The translations under genes and the position numbers were made by a program. From Tubulanus polymorphus (taxonomy: Eukaryota > Animalia > Nemertea), in assembly GCF_964204645.1 (NCBI RefSeq), contig NC_134034.1:13033062-13097061 (forward strand): 64,000 bases of DNA, read 5' to 3'. A model generated the notes under the pieces. The model was not told where the DNA came from, searched no databases, and was given only the letters and a program-made list of their open reading frames with translations. Positions 1 through 11,270 of this stretch are shown in pieces (within the stretch, counting starts at the first letter, position 1; each line of letters starts with the position of its first letter).

Positions 1-872
1 CCAACATAGTAACAATGAGAAACCATGGTTATAACTGACAAATTTCAAAATGTTCCCAGGGATTATCTTTCTTCCACATCTATGAAACCCAGCCCTGGTG
101 TTCACAGAATACATAATAATTTGCTTCCGAACTGGCAGTTGAGGATTTTAATTTTTGATTCTGTCATTCGCAACACAATTCAAATTGGGTTTTTACGAAT
201 TGTGATGGTCAGATACTAATTTTCGAGTAGATTTTTTAACCGTCGATACAGTCTATACGAGTCCGGAATGCGAAATACGTATTTGGCGAGTGAACGCATT
301 CTGATAATATTGTTTGGTACCGGTATGCATTGGCAATATATACAATAGGCACAAATACAAAAAAAGAACTGCATTAGCGCATTATCAAATGTACGCGTCT
401 CAGTGCACCATTCGGTGTATAATATAATCGTTTTCATACAACTATATATGTAGCCTACAACAAGGCTACTCTACAATATTGATCCATTCGGATATAACTA
501 CGTAATTTTGCGGATATTCTATAGGCGGAATACATCTAAGGTACGTACAAAACGGGGAGGCTCGAATTAATGAATTTGAGTAAATTGAATTACGTGTGTC
601 TTACTTGAATCTGAAAAGAAAGGCCTTAGTGCAGATGTATTAAGTGTGGGCTCTCGTTTGTTACAAGTAAAATCCTGTCGATTGGAATTACATCGGGGAA
701 ATGTCCGGGGAGGAATGATCCAGGGCATGGAACCAACATCCGACTGACATAAGCTAGAAAGAAAGCCAGAAATATAACATACACTAGGAGATAGATTACT
801 GAGCCCCAGTTCGCGCAGTACCTTCCCCTACTGTATGTATATTTGTCGCATATGATTAATTTCAGTTGGAAA

Positions 873-2300
873 ATGGCGACGGTAACTTTGAAAAATTACA
901 CGCGTTCTAAACATCAGATCAGTATGGTGTACGGTGTGGACGATCTACAGTTCACCACTTCATTCTGGTACAACGACGTCGACTTCTATTTGCTAGAGAA
1001 TCTCTACGGCGAGCGGTTCATGCATTGGTTCTATTTCAACCTGGTCGCCTTCGAGATGAACAAGCTGCAGAGCGTCAGACCGAAGTACGTAGATTTCGGC
1101 GAGTACGAACGATTCCATACGGCCGAATTCGAGCGAATTTGGCGCCGACATTTCCGCGGCGCCTATTCGCAATGGCTGTACCAGAACGACCTTGACACTT
1201 ACACGGGTCCCGAGTTCGTACACGCGGCCGCTGACGAATCGAAATACGACGCGGTCGAAATAAAAACGCCGACATCGGCGAAGACAACGGCGAACGAACG
1301 CGCAGTGTTGGTGCTGAACGGCGGGGGAAAGGATAGTTTAGTCAGTATGAGTATATTCGATAAAATCGGGGTCGATTTCGCCAGTGTAGGGGTCAGCGCG
1401 TGCAGACACGGTGTGTCGAAAAAACAACACAAACTCATACGCGACCTGACCGCCGCTACCAATTCTAAACATCACCACCAAATATGGATGTTCGACGACT
1501 TCTTCGACAGCCCCCTAGCGGAAATTCTAGGCGATAAATACGGTATAAAGACCGTCCACGTCGACGAGGTTTTGAGATTCGTAATGTCGATGTTGCCGAT
1601 AGTTCTACAGTACGGATATAGGTTTATCAGTTTAGGCCACGAGAAAAGCGCCGAAGTACCGAATTTCGTGTGGCAGAAGAACGGCCTAGCGATCAACCAT
1701 CAACACGGTAAAAGCCGCCAACAAATCCTCATGTTGAAAGAATATATCAACGAAAATCTGATCAGAAATTGTCACATATTCAGCGTTCTAAAACCGATCA
1801 ACGACGTCGTTATATTCAGCATGTTGAACAGCTTGAACGCGACTGAAGCCGCCTTGACGCACTCGTGTAACCTGGAAAAACCGTGGTGTAAAAAGTGCCC
1901 GAAATGCGCTTACGTTCTGCTCGGTTTCATGGCGTATTTACCGCGCCCGATCGCCGACGATATAACCGGCGAAAACGTTTTGAATCTACCCGAATTACGG
2001 CTGTTCTATCGACAACTTCTCGGATTCGACGATTTCAAACCGTTCGAATGTGTCGGTCTGATCGAGGAAACCCGTCTGGCGTTCGAAATTTGCCGGCGTC
2101 GCGGGTACACCGGCAAGGCTATGGACGACTACAGCGAACGCGTGGACGCGTTGGATTTCCTAACAATAGCCGATGAATTGACGCGGGTAGATTGCGAATA
2201 CGACCAGTTACCCGACGAGTTTCGAGAAGAGATTCTGAAATTTCTGAACGAACACAAGACGATAGCGAGGCGATATGTCGAAAAGTATTTCCAAGATTAG
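873..2300 (+). CDS. MurL-like (UDP-MurNAc-L-Ala-L-Glu epimerase family) PP-loop ATP-dependent enzyme, 475 aa, intronless; bacterial-type
   Basis: Long ORF with motifs in the order I recall for MurL: NGGGKDSLVS (PP-loop), GHEKSA, NHQHGKS, SCN..WCKKCPKC, KPFECVG. ATG 873 has a good context (aaaATGG), 8 nt after a TTTCAG acceptor-like site ending at 865. Confidence 0.75.
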   Translation: MATVTLKNYTRSKHQISMVYGVDDLQFTTSFWYNDVDFYLLENLYGERFMHWFYFNLVAFEMNKLQSVRPKYVDFGEYERFHTAEFERIWRRHFRGAYSQWLYQNDLDTYTGPEFVHAAADESKYDAVEIKTPTSAKTTANERAVLVLNGGGKDSLVSMSIFDKIGVDFASVGVSACRHGVSKKQHKLIRDLTAATNSKHHHQIWMFDDFFDSPLAEILGDKYGIKTVHVDEVLRFVMSMLPIVLQYGYRFISLGHEKSAEVPNFVWQKNGLAINHQHGKSRQQILMLKEYINENLIRNCHIFSVLKPINDVVIFSMLNSLNATEAALTHSCNLEKPWCKKCPKCAYVLLGFMAYLPRPIADDITGENVLNLPELRLFYRQLLGFDDFKPFECVGLIEETRLAFEICRRRGYTGKAMDDYSERVDALDFLTIADELTRVDCEYDQLPDEFREEILKFLNEHKTIARRYVEKYFQD

Positions 2301-3451
2301 AGCAAGAAAAAAAACGAAATCAAGTTGTCTGTCGGACAGTTTTAACTGTGACCTTGAGGTTTTGACTTACGTTAACCCAACTCGAGGTTTGTTCCGTGAC
2401 CCATTGGTTGAATAAAAGAGTAAAGGTAAAACTAGTCTATAAAACCGGTTTGACGATGAATTCATCATAAGATTCCTGCTCCCTTCGCCATTTTTTCTGG
2501 GTCAATATCGAAAAATTGAAGGGGGCAAGGCAACACCATTTTATGTAATTTAAAAAAAAATCAAAAGATTTGAACCAGAGCAGCGTCTTAATCTTTCCGT
2601 GATTCTTTGTTCGTCTTGTAAAACTGGAATAATAATATTGTTGTTAACTAACGTTGTCAAATCGAACACAGCTTTTCGAAACTGCATCGTTTCAAACCAG
2701 TGTTAGTAGCCCTTTATGAGTTTAAACAACAACGCTTATATTTCTACTGAATCGGTTTAATGTTCTGAAATTGATATCGAAAAACGAACTAAACAAAATT
2801 ATGACTAGCTGAAGGATATACATTTCACCTGTCAGTAATATAAGTATATAGGCTTTGCGAGGATTATCAAATCTACGAAAAGAAAATATCAGATATGCTT
2901 TGTATGGGGGAAAGTATGAAATATCATTTATATGAAATAATCTCTGTTTTTCCTGTGAGAATTGATCTTTGAATCATCAGTGGTCGAAACGGCAGTTAAA
3001 CAACGAATAAAGTAACTTTAACAAACCCTCCCCGTGGAGATCCGGATGGTTTGGTCGTCGTAATTTCACGGCTCGCGGACTCGTTATAGTCATTAGGACT
3101 TATTTCGCATTGATCTACTGGAGGTAATTGCGGTGATTACTGCCATTTATTTCCGATCCATAGTCGTCGGTTCATCGAATTATTGCGTTGACAATTGAGA
3201 TGGATTATCAAATTGTGTTTTCGAAGCGAGAGTATAATAATATCCGGCGCAGTTGGATATTGTTTCTAGTTATCGATCGCAGACAATTCAAAAATTGTTT
3301 CGTTCGCAAAATAAAACAGACTTTGCTTTTTTTTCGATGTCGAAATCAAGATTGCCAGTAACCAATCAGAGCTGAGTCGATCGAGTACTATAGAAACCGG
3401 GAGCGAAAATATTTCTGAATTATTCGGGATTCGAACCCGCGTTGGTGAACG

Positions 3452-4495
3452 ATGTCGTCGCACGACGATCAGACGAACCGGAACTCCACCTCCGTCGCGA
3501 CCGTCTGTCGCGTCGATTCGAAAACCTACTTACGCATAGTGGTTAACGTTTACGCCACGTTACCGGTTTGTACCGTAGGATTCGTGTTGAACGTAGTGAC
3601 GTTTTACGTTCTAGCGCGTTACAAAAACGACGTAGCCACCTATTCGATATTGCGCATGTTGGCCGTGTCGGATAACGTCTACCTGGCGATATCGATGACC
3701 TGTTTTCCGGTGCGGTATCTGGTCGGTTTGGCGCAGTACGGCCGGTTGACGTTCCTATTCAAAGAAGACGAAATCTGCCCGATGATCTACCACTACACGG
3801 TCGCCGCTAGAAACATGGCTAAAATGGTCAGGAACTGGATTACGGCTTTGATCAGCCTGGAGCGCACGTCGGTGATCGTGTTTCCGCTACAGGCGCGAAT
3901 CTACGTCACTACCAGGGTTTGTAATCTAGCCGTTGTCGGTATTGTCGGTTTCACGTTCGCCACGCAAGTTTGGCGTTACAATTACAGACAGTTTCAAATG
4001 AGGTCGATCGTCTGCCCGTTCGAAACGGAAGTGATGATCACGGCCGATATTCCCGTGCCAGGGGTGGCTTCGGGTTTCAAACGAACGATGCATATTTTGT
4101 TCATAACGTTTTTGCCGTTTATCGTCATGTTCGCGGCCAACCTGATTTTTGTAGTGTTTCTCACGCGAGCCGCTAAAGCTCGTAAAGCGATGTCCGCTTC
4201 GAAATCTTCGTCAGGCGGTGGTGGCGGCGGCGACCAGTCTAACAACTCGCTCGCCCAACACCAGGCGTCGATTCTCGCCTTCTCCGTAATCGTCGTCTAT
4301 TTGATTTTCGAATTTCCGGTCGCGATCCGGAAGTTGATTTACGTCATAGTGTCCGGTAAAGCGATCGATCCTCGATACGCATTCGAGACGGTTAGCACGT
4401 TCCTCACTCAACTCGATTCCTGCGTTAACTTCCTCGTTTACTGTTTGTCCAGTAGGAAATTTAGGGATCAAGTTCGAAAAAGTTTCGGCGGATGA
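3452..4495 (+). CDS. Intronless class A peptide GPCR, FMRFamide-receptor/sex-peptide-receptor-like, 347 aa
   Basis: 7 hydrophobic segments; N-glycosylation sites in the N-terminus; GFVLN (TM1), LAVSD (TM2), SLERTSVIVFPL (TM3), FEFP (TM6), DSCVNFLVYCLSSRKFR (TM7/H8); AATAAA at 5112-5117. Confidence 0.9.
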   Translation: MSSHDDQTNRNSTSVATVCRVDSKTYLRIVVNVYATLPVCTVGFVLNVVTFYVLARYKNDVATYSILRMLAVSDNVYLAISMTCFPVRYLVGLAQYGRLTFLFKEDEICPMIYHYTVAARNMAKMVRNWITALISLERTSVIVFPLQARIYVTTRVCNLAVVGIVGFTFATQVWRYNYRQFQMRSIVCPFETEVMITADIPVPGVASGFKRTMHILFITFLPFIVMFAANLIFVVFLTRAAKARKAMSASKSSSGGGGGGDQSNNSLAQHQASILAFSVIVVYLIFEFPVAIRKLIYVIVSGKAIDPRYAFETVSTFLTQLDSCVNFLVYCLSSRKFRDQVRKSFGG

Positions 4496-5779
4496 TCCCG
4501 ACGTTACTTCCAGTGAAAAATGCACAAACCTTATGAGATTACGTTAAAAAGGTACCCGTTCCGTGAGGTAAAGTTTCGGTTGGAAAGTTGTGAGTTAGAT
4601 TTGACTCTACAAATGGCCAAAATGTAATTGAAAATTAAACGATCTATCTTGTGGAATGAAAATGGAAACGAACCGATTTTCATCTCAAAGTCAAATCAAA
4701 CTCACCACTTTCACAAAAGCTTCCAAACGTTACCAGTCCCAAACTTTCTATCGACTATTCCTTGCAAAACATTTATAAACCTGTCTCTCATTTTAAAAGG
4801 AAAAGCCCAGGTCCCCAGACTCCGTCAAATCGCTCGATATAGATTAACGAAATCACCCCTAACAGAGAAATCGTTCTTACCACAATTAGGAAAGAGATAC
4901 GATGGATTTGAAATAACTGATCACCCTGCCATCGTTAGTAGAATGTATGCTGGGATTAATCTTTGTGAAACGAGGCCTTAAAGAATTTCCACTCAAATTG
5001 CACAACTTCACCTACGAACGATTCATAAAGGTGTCCTATCTATTTTTTGGGGTTTATGTTTTCTATGATATTGTAACCGCCTATCTGATTTCAAACGCGA
5101 TGTTATGAGAAAATAAAGTTTTTATACCACAAAATAACTACAAATTGATAAAATGCACGTTCCGTTTATTGTACCACATTTAAACGTAAATCATAGATGA
5201 AATGTAACTCAGCAAAATATAATCAATTTAGATATTCTAAAATACATTATGTTTCTTACAAGGGAATGCAACATTGTTACCGACAAAAGATCACAACAAA
5301 AATTCGAAATAAAGACATTAATACACAGATATACATCTTTCTTGGCCGATTTTACCAAGAGCCGTGATAAGGTTTCGGGCGTTCTGCCGCAAGTGTAACG
5401 GGGCTCTGTAAGGCTACCTGTTAGGGGTGGTTATGAACGGATGGGAAGCCGTTCTAATCACGAACTATCGCCGCAGTCGTGAAGGGTTTACCAAGAAGCC
5501 GCCATGCGTCCCCACAGTTCACAGCTGTGATCGGTAGGAGTTCACGAAGAACGAACGTATTCCCCCCGTGAAGTTCGTCATGAAACCATAGCACTTCTAG
5601 TCACTGCTCTCCCAGTACACAGCTGCACAAGGAAAGCGTTCACAACATCTTTCTTATCACTCTCCAGTCCACTTACGCTGTGAGGGAAGTTCGCCAAGCC
5701 GTTTTGTTGTCACTGGTAGCTCTAGTCACTGCATGACCGCAGCTGCGATCCGAACCGAGGGAAACAGTAACGAACCGAT

Positions 5780-8700
5780 TTAAACAATCTCGATTTCTTC
5801 GGCGTCCGTTCCTTTCGACTGCAGTTGAACAGATTCCGGTTTCAAATCGTCCGCCGTTTCGACGGTGACGTCAGTGACATCTACCGTCGAATCGCGGCGT
5901 ATGCGCAAAATATGTAAAATCACGACGCGCAATTTACTGTTACAAGCAGCGTAGATGATCGGATTGGCGATCGTACAGGATTTGGCGAGTAACGGAGCCA
6001 GGGCGGTTATCTCGGCCGATAGGTTGTCAATCTGGAACGCGCCCAGAACGCCCATGAGTGAGAAAATAGCGTACGGAGTCCAACAGATGAAGTAGGACGC
6101 TACCATTAGCAGTGACATCTGAAGAACGAGAATAATTTGGATTCATTAAGCGAGGCTTCGAGAAAGGCGTTATAGAAGTGGCTTTAGGAGTGGTCAAACG
6201 TTTATAACAGGGGTTCGAATAGGTTATCGGTAATCATGTATAGCGTGTTAACTTGTAGGGGATAATAGCAAGCTGTAGTGGTTGGGGCGGGATGTGCTTC
6301 GTTGATGCATGGATATAATGTAGTTTGAAAAAAAGTTTGTTGGAGTCTGGTATTTAAGGTCTTGAGTTGAGTTGCGTTTGTGTCTAGGCTTAGGGAGCCT
6401 CTGGTAACGGGTCGATAAAAGTATAAAATATATATATATATCTTTGAAAGATATAGGCCTACCTGCTATGTCCAAATCGAAACCCCGCAGAATTTATGAT
6501 GAGGTGAAGTTCAAGATTCAAAAGGTCGAAAGCAACCACGAGAAAGCGTTGTTCTGATCAACTTACCCTTGACATCCTCGATTGAATTGCCTTCCATTTT
6601 TTGTAAGCAGTCGATTCCGGTTGTCGGTTGTTTTTGGCCCGTTGCCTGATCTTCAGGAATATACTGGTATAAAAGAAAACCAACACGGAAAACGGCACCA
6701 GGAAACAACCGACGAACATGACGGCTATGAACGATAGATTGACCGGGTTTGGGTTGAACCAGTCAACCGAACAGGCCGTCTAAAAGTAAAAACAACGAAA
6801 TAATGAGTTATTTGTCTTCGTGGGAGCAAAATGCAAACAATGTTGGGAAAAAATTACTCCGAAGTCTCAGAAGAATGAATAAAATCATTTTTGTTTTGTC
6901 CACGCGACCTCTGCGGGTCAACGATGATAGTAATGGTAATAATTTTTCGTCGCTCCACTACGTTTCGGAGTATCACGATAGAACATAGATTAATAAGTTA
7001 TCATGTTACTTCATATATATGAAAATTTGTCGCTCCACTACGTTTCGGAGTATCACGATAGAACATAGATTAATAAGTTATCATGTTACTCCATATATAT
7101 GAAAATTTGATAACATGACAGCAGAAAGTGTTTTAAAAGTTTCAACTTGGTTGCAGTTTCTACTAACATTTTTAGTTTAACTATTACTTTAAAAGTGTAC
7201 TGCAAAAATATTAAAAAGGGTATTAACCAGACCAATAGATATTTAACTTATCACATACTATGCTCATTTTACTATCCATCAACTTTGGGACATTATTTTA
7301 GGATACTTGCAAATAAAACGGCGATTGTGGTGTATCAATTAGTAATAAAATATTAAAACCTGAATATTTCCGTGGCTTTGTAATGAGTTAAGACGGCAAA
7401 GCTATAACAGAAAACCGTGCGACGATCAGTCGGTTTGACGTACGTTCAACCAGTTACAGTTCGTCCATTCGTTTCAATCGGACCAATTCATTTGGACCCG
7501 AATCATAAAGATCTCTTACAAAACTGATAAATGAATATATAACCTACTCCCATTGGTTCTATGGCGTATCTACTCCAACCGGAAGCTGGTAAAGCGGCCC
7601 ACACTAACGCGTAAAACCAGATCAGGGCTATGTTCCGATAGATTCTTTTCTTCACCGTTTTCATTCGTCCTCCTGAAAAAAGGCAACATCTCGTTCAGTT
7701 ATTGTGAAGGGGTTTAGGAAGCGAGCGAGGAGAAGATTCCACCAGTCCCGGGGTCGAGTGTTTATATCCACAGTGAACTACGACGATCTACAATCCTTAG
7801 CGTACCCAACTGTGTGCGTGTCTGACACTAATATTCGTAGTGAAAGTGAAAGATGTAGATTTACGTAGTTTTCAAATATGTCGTGTTTATTGAAGTTTTA
7901 AGGTGAATGTCAAATCGTCTGGTTCGACCGGCCTCCACAATTGAGGATTTTTGACTATAGATTCAGGGTTTAATTGTAACACTCCCCAGTTCCACAGATG
8001 TGTGGGTTTGATTTGATTCTGAATACAGTTCCACAGCTGTGTGGGTTTGATTTGACTCTGCACACGGTTCCACAGTTGTGTGGGTTTAATTTGACCCTGA
8101 ACCCAGTTCCACAGTTGTGTGTATTCAATCTGACTCCGGGTCCAGTTCCACAGTTGAGTAAGTTGTATTTTGACCCTGAACCCAGTTCCACAGTTGTGTG
8201 GATTCAATCTGACTCCGGGTCCAGTTCCACAGTTGAGTAAGTTGTATTTTGACACTGGACCCAGTTCCAAAGTCGTAATTTGACACCGGGTCTCTGGCTG
8301 TACAGTTCTAATTTACAACTCTTACTTTTCATATCACCACAAATGACGTCATATCTTTGTTTGCTGATCGCCGCGAGTGTCCATAAACTGGCGATTCCGA
8401 ATAGAAAACCCGAAAACCCATTGATAGTACACCCAGTCTCGCCAAGACTCTTCGGCCAACCATTCTACAAAATATGAGAAAATTAATTGAGTTAATCTCT
8501 GAGATATCATTTAGTCATTACACCGAATGCTGGTCAAAACGGGCTTTATATCGTCGACGAGCGAGGGTATTGTGGTTCGTGTGCGCATCAACATTTAAGA
8601 TTCCATCCCAATTATTGTTAATGGCGGCACTATACTTCAGCACTAGCAGATTCGATTTGTGACGTGTCGATAGTGATGACCAACTAGGTGTCGCTGAAGT

Positions 8701-9764
8701 GCGGTAGGACATTAATTGCTGTCATGGCAATAGAGGATCCCGCTCGTGACAAGTGGGAAACCGCCAGGTGTCGCTGCTGTGCGGTAGGACATTAATTACT
8801 GTCTGGCAATAGAGGATTCCGTTTGTGACAAGTGAGGAATCACCAGGTGTCGATAGTGCCCATTAGGACAACAACTCCTGTGACATTAGAGGATTCCACT
8901 TCTTATGGCAAGTAAGGATCTTCGAGGCGTGCTAGTGCGCTGTAGCATAACAATACCAATGAAACCAATTCAGTCTTAGCTAAGGGTGAAATAGACTTCT
9001 TTTCTAGTTGAAGAATCATAGAGAATTATCACAACTTACGTTGAAAAAGGCGACAACCGCTACGGAATATGAGAACATGGTGACGCAAATATCAGCGACA
9101 GCTAAATTAGCGATCAGCATAAAATCAGGTCCTTTTAACGATCTGTACGAGTAGATAGCTATCAGTATTAAACTATTAGCAACAGTAGATACCAATCCTA
9201 GAAATAATAGAGAATTAGAATATGTTACAGATATCGCGACATCAATTCCAGATAGTTCAACACTTGGGTGCGGGGTTAATTCATACGACTCATTGCAGTA
9301 GCATTGTTGGTTTAATCTCATCCCGAATCTATAGTTTCACAGAATATGTGTTGGTTTGAATTTGACTCTGTCCGGTTAAATTTGACTCTGAACCCAGTTT
9401 CACAGTTGTGCAGTTTTTATTTGACCCTAAACCCAGTTGCACAGGTTGTGTGAATTTAATTTGACTCAGCACCCGGTTCAAAAATTTGGATCCATTTCCA
9501 CGGTGGTTTTGCGAGTTCGTTGCGACGCGAGTTCCACAATTCAACTTCGACAATCCCTTCGGAACACAATAAATAAATGAATAAAACTTTTTGATTCAAC
9601 TCGATAAGAAAAAACTACGAATACTTACCGACTACTAGTAGATAGAACCCACCGATTACATTATAAGGATATGTTAGATGTTTCACTTTAGAACTGTCTC
9701 CATATTGCAACGCGTTGTCCAATTCAACTGATGTAGTATTAGGCGCTGCGTATAATATCTCCAT
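5780..9764 (-). CDS. Opsin, 369 aa, 6 coding exons; probably tetraopsin (Go/peropsin/neuropsin group), subtype uncertain
   Basis: Exons 9764-9629, 9197-9040, 8464-8326, 7672-7548, 6779-6567, 6118-5780, all GT-AG with matching phases. Motifs: NLAVAD; GC in TM3; GWSRYAIEPMGTACSVDW (E181 and C187 equivalents); CWTPYA; LAKSCTIANPIIY with the retinal-binding Lys (K296 equivalent); NSKLR. Confidence 0.92.
7930..8270. repeat. About 39-bp tandem array built from the CCAGTTCCACAGTTG MITE end (opsin intron); related patches at about 9350-9540 and 15310-15460
   Basis: Repeated ccagttccacagttg(t/a)g units; the same motif ends the MITEs at 25918, 27770 and 52868. Confidence 0.75.
8680..8950 (-). repeat. 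Diverged inverted copies of the 77-bp satellite at 51377-52090
   Basis: ccaggtgtcgct...taggaca...tggcaatagaggattcc...caagtgagg is the reverse complement of that unit. Confidence 0.75.
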
Positions 9765-9964
9765 TCTGAATACAGTTCTGGTCGAAGTACGACAAAAAGA
9801 TTCTTGCTTCGGCTTCGATCAAAGTGTTCATTTCATCGTACGTCCAATTATAAGCGAATTTCCTAATATTTGATCCTGTTCCACTGTTGTTGGTTTAACG
9901 AATTTAAGATATAAAAAGTAAATTTGACCCTGCGAATGGACTTAAACCTTCAGCAACTGTGGAA

Positions 9965-10200
9965 CAGGTGAAATATTTACAGCAGTCTCAACGCTACCGA
10001 GTTCCCTGATTCCCAACTCAATGAAATATGTTCAATGGCCCCTCACTGCCGAGTTCCCTGATTCTCAACTCGGTGAAATATTTACAGCAGTCCCAACGCT
10101 ACCGAGTTCCCTGATTCTATATGTTCAATGGCCCGTCACTGCCGAGCTCCCTAACCCTCAACTCGGTGAAATATCTTCAGTTCCAAAGTTACCGCCGAAC
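9965..10200. repeat. Short tandem repeat, inverted homologue of 62400-62605
   Basis: gtgaaatatttacagcagtcccaacgctaccgagttccctgattc units. Confidence 0.75.
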
Positions 10201-11270
10201 TCTAAATCCTATTTTCGGTCTGACGCCGAGTTGCTGAGATCCTGTCAACTCACTCAGTACTGGGAACTCTTCGTGTATCAGTATTGATGACGAACTGTCT
10301 TAACGACTATTTATGAGTCCGCGAGAGTGATTTCGTGTATTCACAATAACACGCGTCAGGTAAAGACAGTTAATGCGAATGATGAACTAATTCTAATGGA
10401 GTGATAATTATACCGTCTGTCTGCCTGGACTCGCCCATTAGTGTTTCAGCGTTTCGTGATTGCTACATTAACGGTCTCACCTCGTGTTTAGTTACTGTTG
10501 AACATGTTGCAGGATAACGGCCGTACGGGTCTTAAACAAAAATTCATCTAACGCAGAAACGATAAAACTCGAGAGGTTTCGCGAAGTAAAAGTGGGCTAC
10601 TTTCAAATCAGCCCACTGGTGGTGGTATAGAGCATTTCTATCGTTATTGTACCTGAGTAGTGGATTTGATATAACACATGATTGTTGTGTTAATTAGAAT
10701 ATCAGGTCCAAATGTTAATCAATTCTCCTGTATTCGTAAACATATCTTCTTAGAAACGCGCGTGGCCACCGGTTGAATCAAGCGCACTGCGCGCGCGAGT
10801 GGTTGACCGTCGATTTTCTGCATGCGCAGATTACACTATTTTCATGGAAATTCTAAAAATTTTAAAGATTTTTTTGGGATTAAAATCAAGACTAGGGGTC
10901 AGTTTCATAGACTAGAAGTTAGTTTTATAAACTAGCAGACACTTTCATAAGCTCTGTGAGTTTGCTAATCGTTAAAAGGTATTAATCTATTTCATAAATC
11001 TTCTTTTTTTCAGCGCCGTTTGTTCTTGTGTGAAGATGAAGTTGTTCTTCGCTGTTACAACGAAAAAGAATTAAATCTAACGAATGACGTGTTTTCATAA
11101 TATTCTATTCATTAAAGCACACACTTCTTGTCAATAAACGACGTTCGCGGGGGTATGCACGTTTGATAACACTATGATAAATCGTCCAAATGATACCGTG
11201 CCGTATTCTAGCGAAACCCGAATCAAATCCCCGACAAACCAGTCCGTTTAATCTGGGTGCATGCATATGT

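Noticed and set aside
843-872. ORF-track start of the MurL-like gene at TTG 843
   Set aside because: Non-ATG start in a eukaryote; ATG 873 has the better context and follows a likely splice acceptor (ATG 852 remains possible if unspliced).
7887-8270. 127-aa repetitive ORF (TQLWN repeats)
   Set aside because: Translation of the MITE-derived 39-bp array within an opsin intron.
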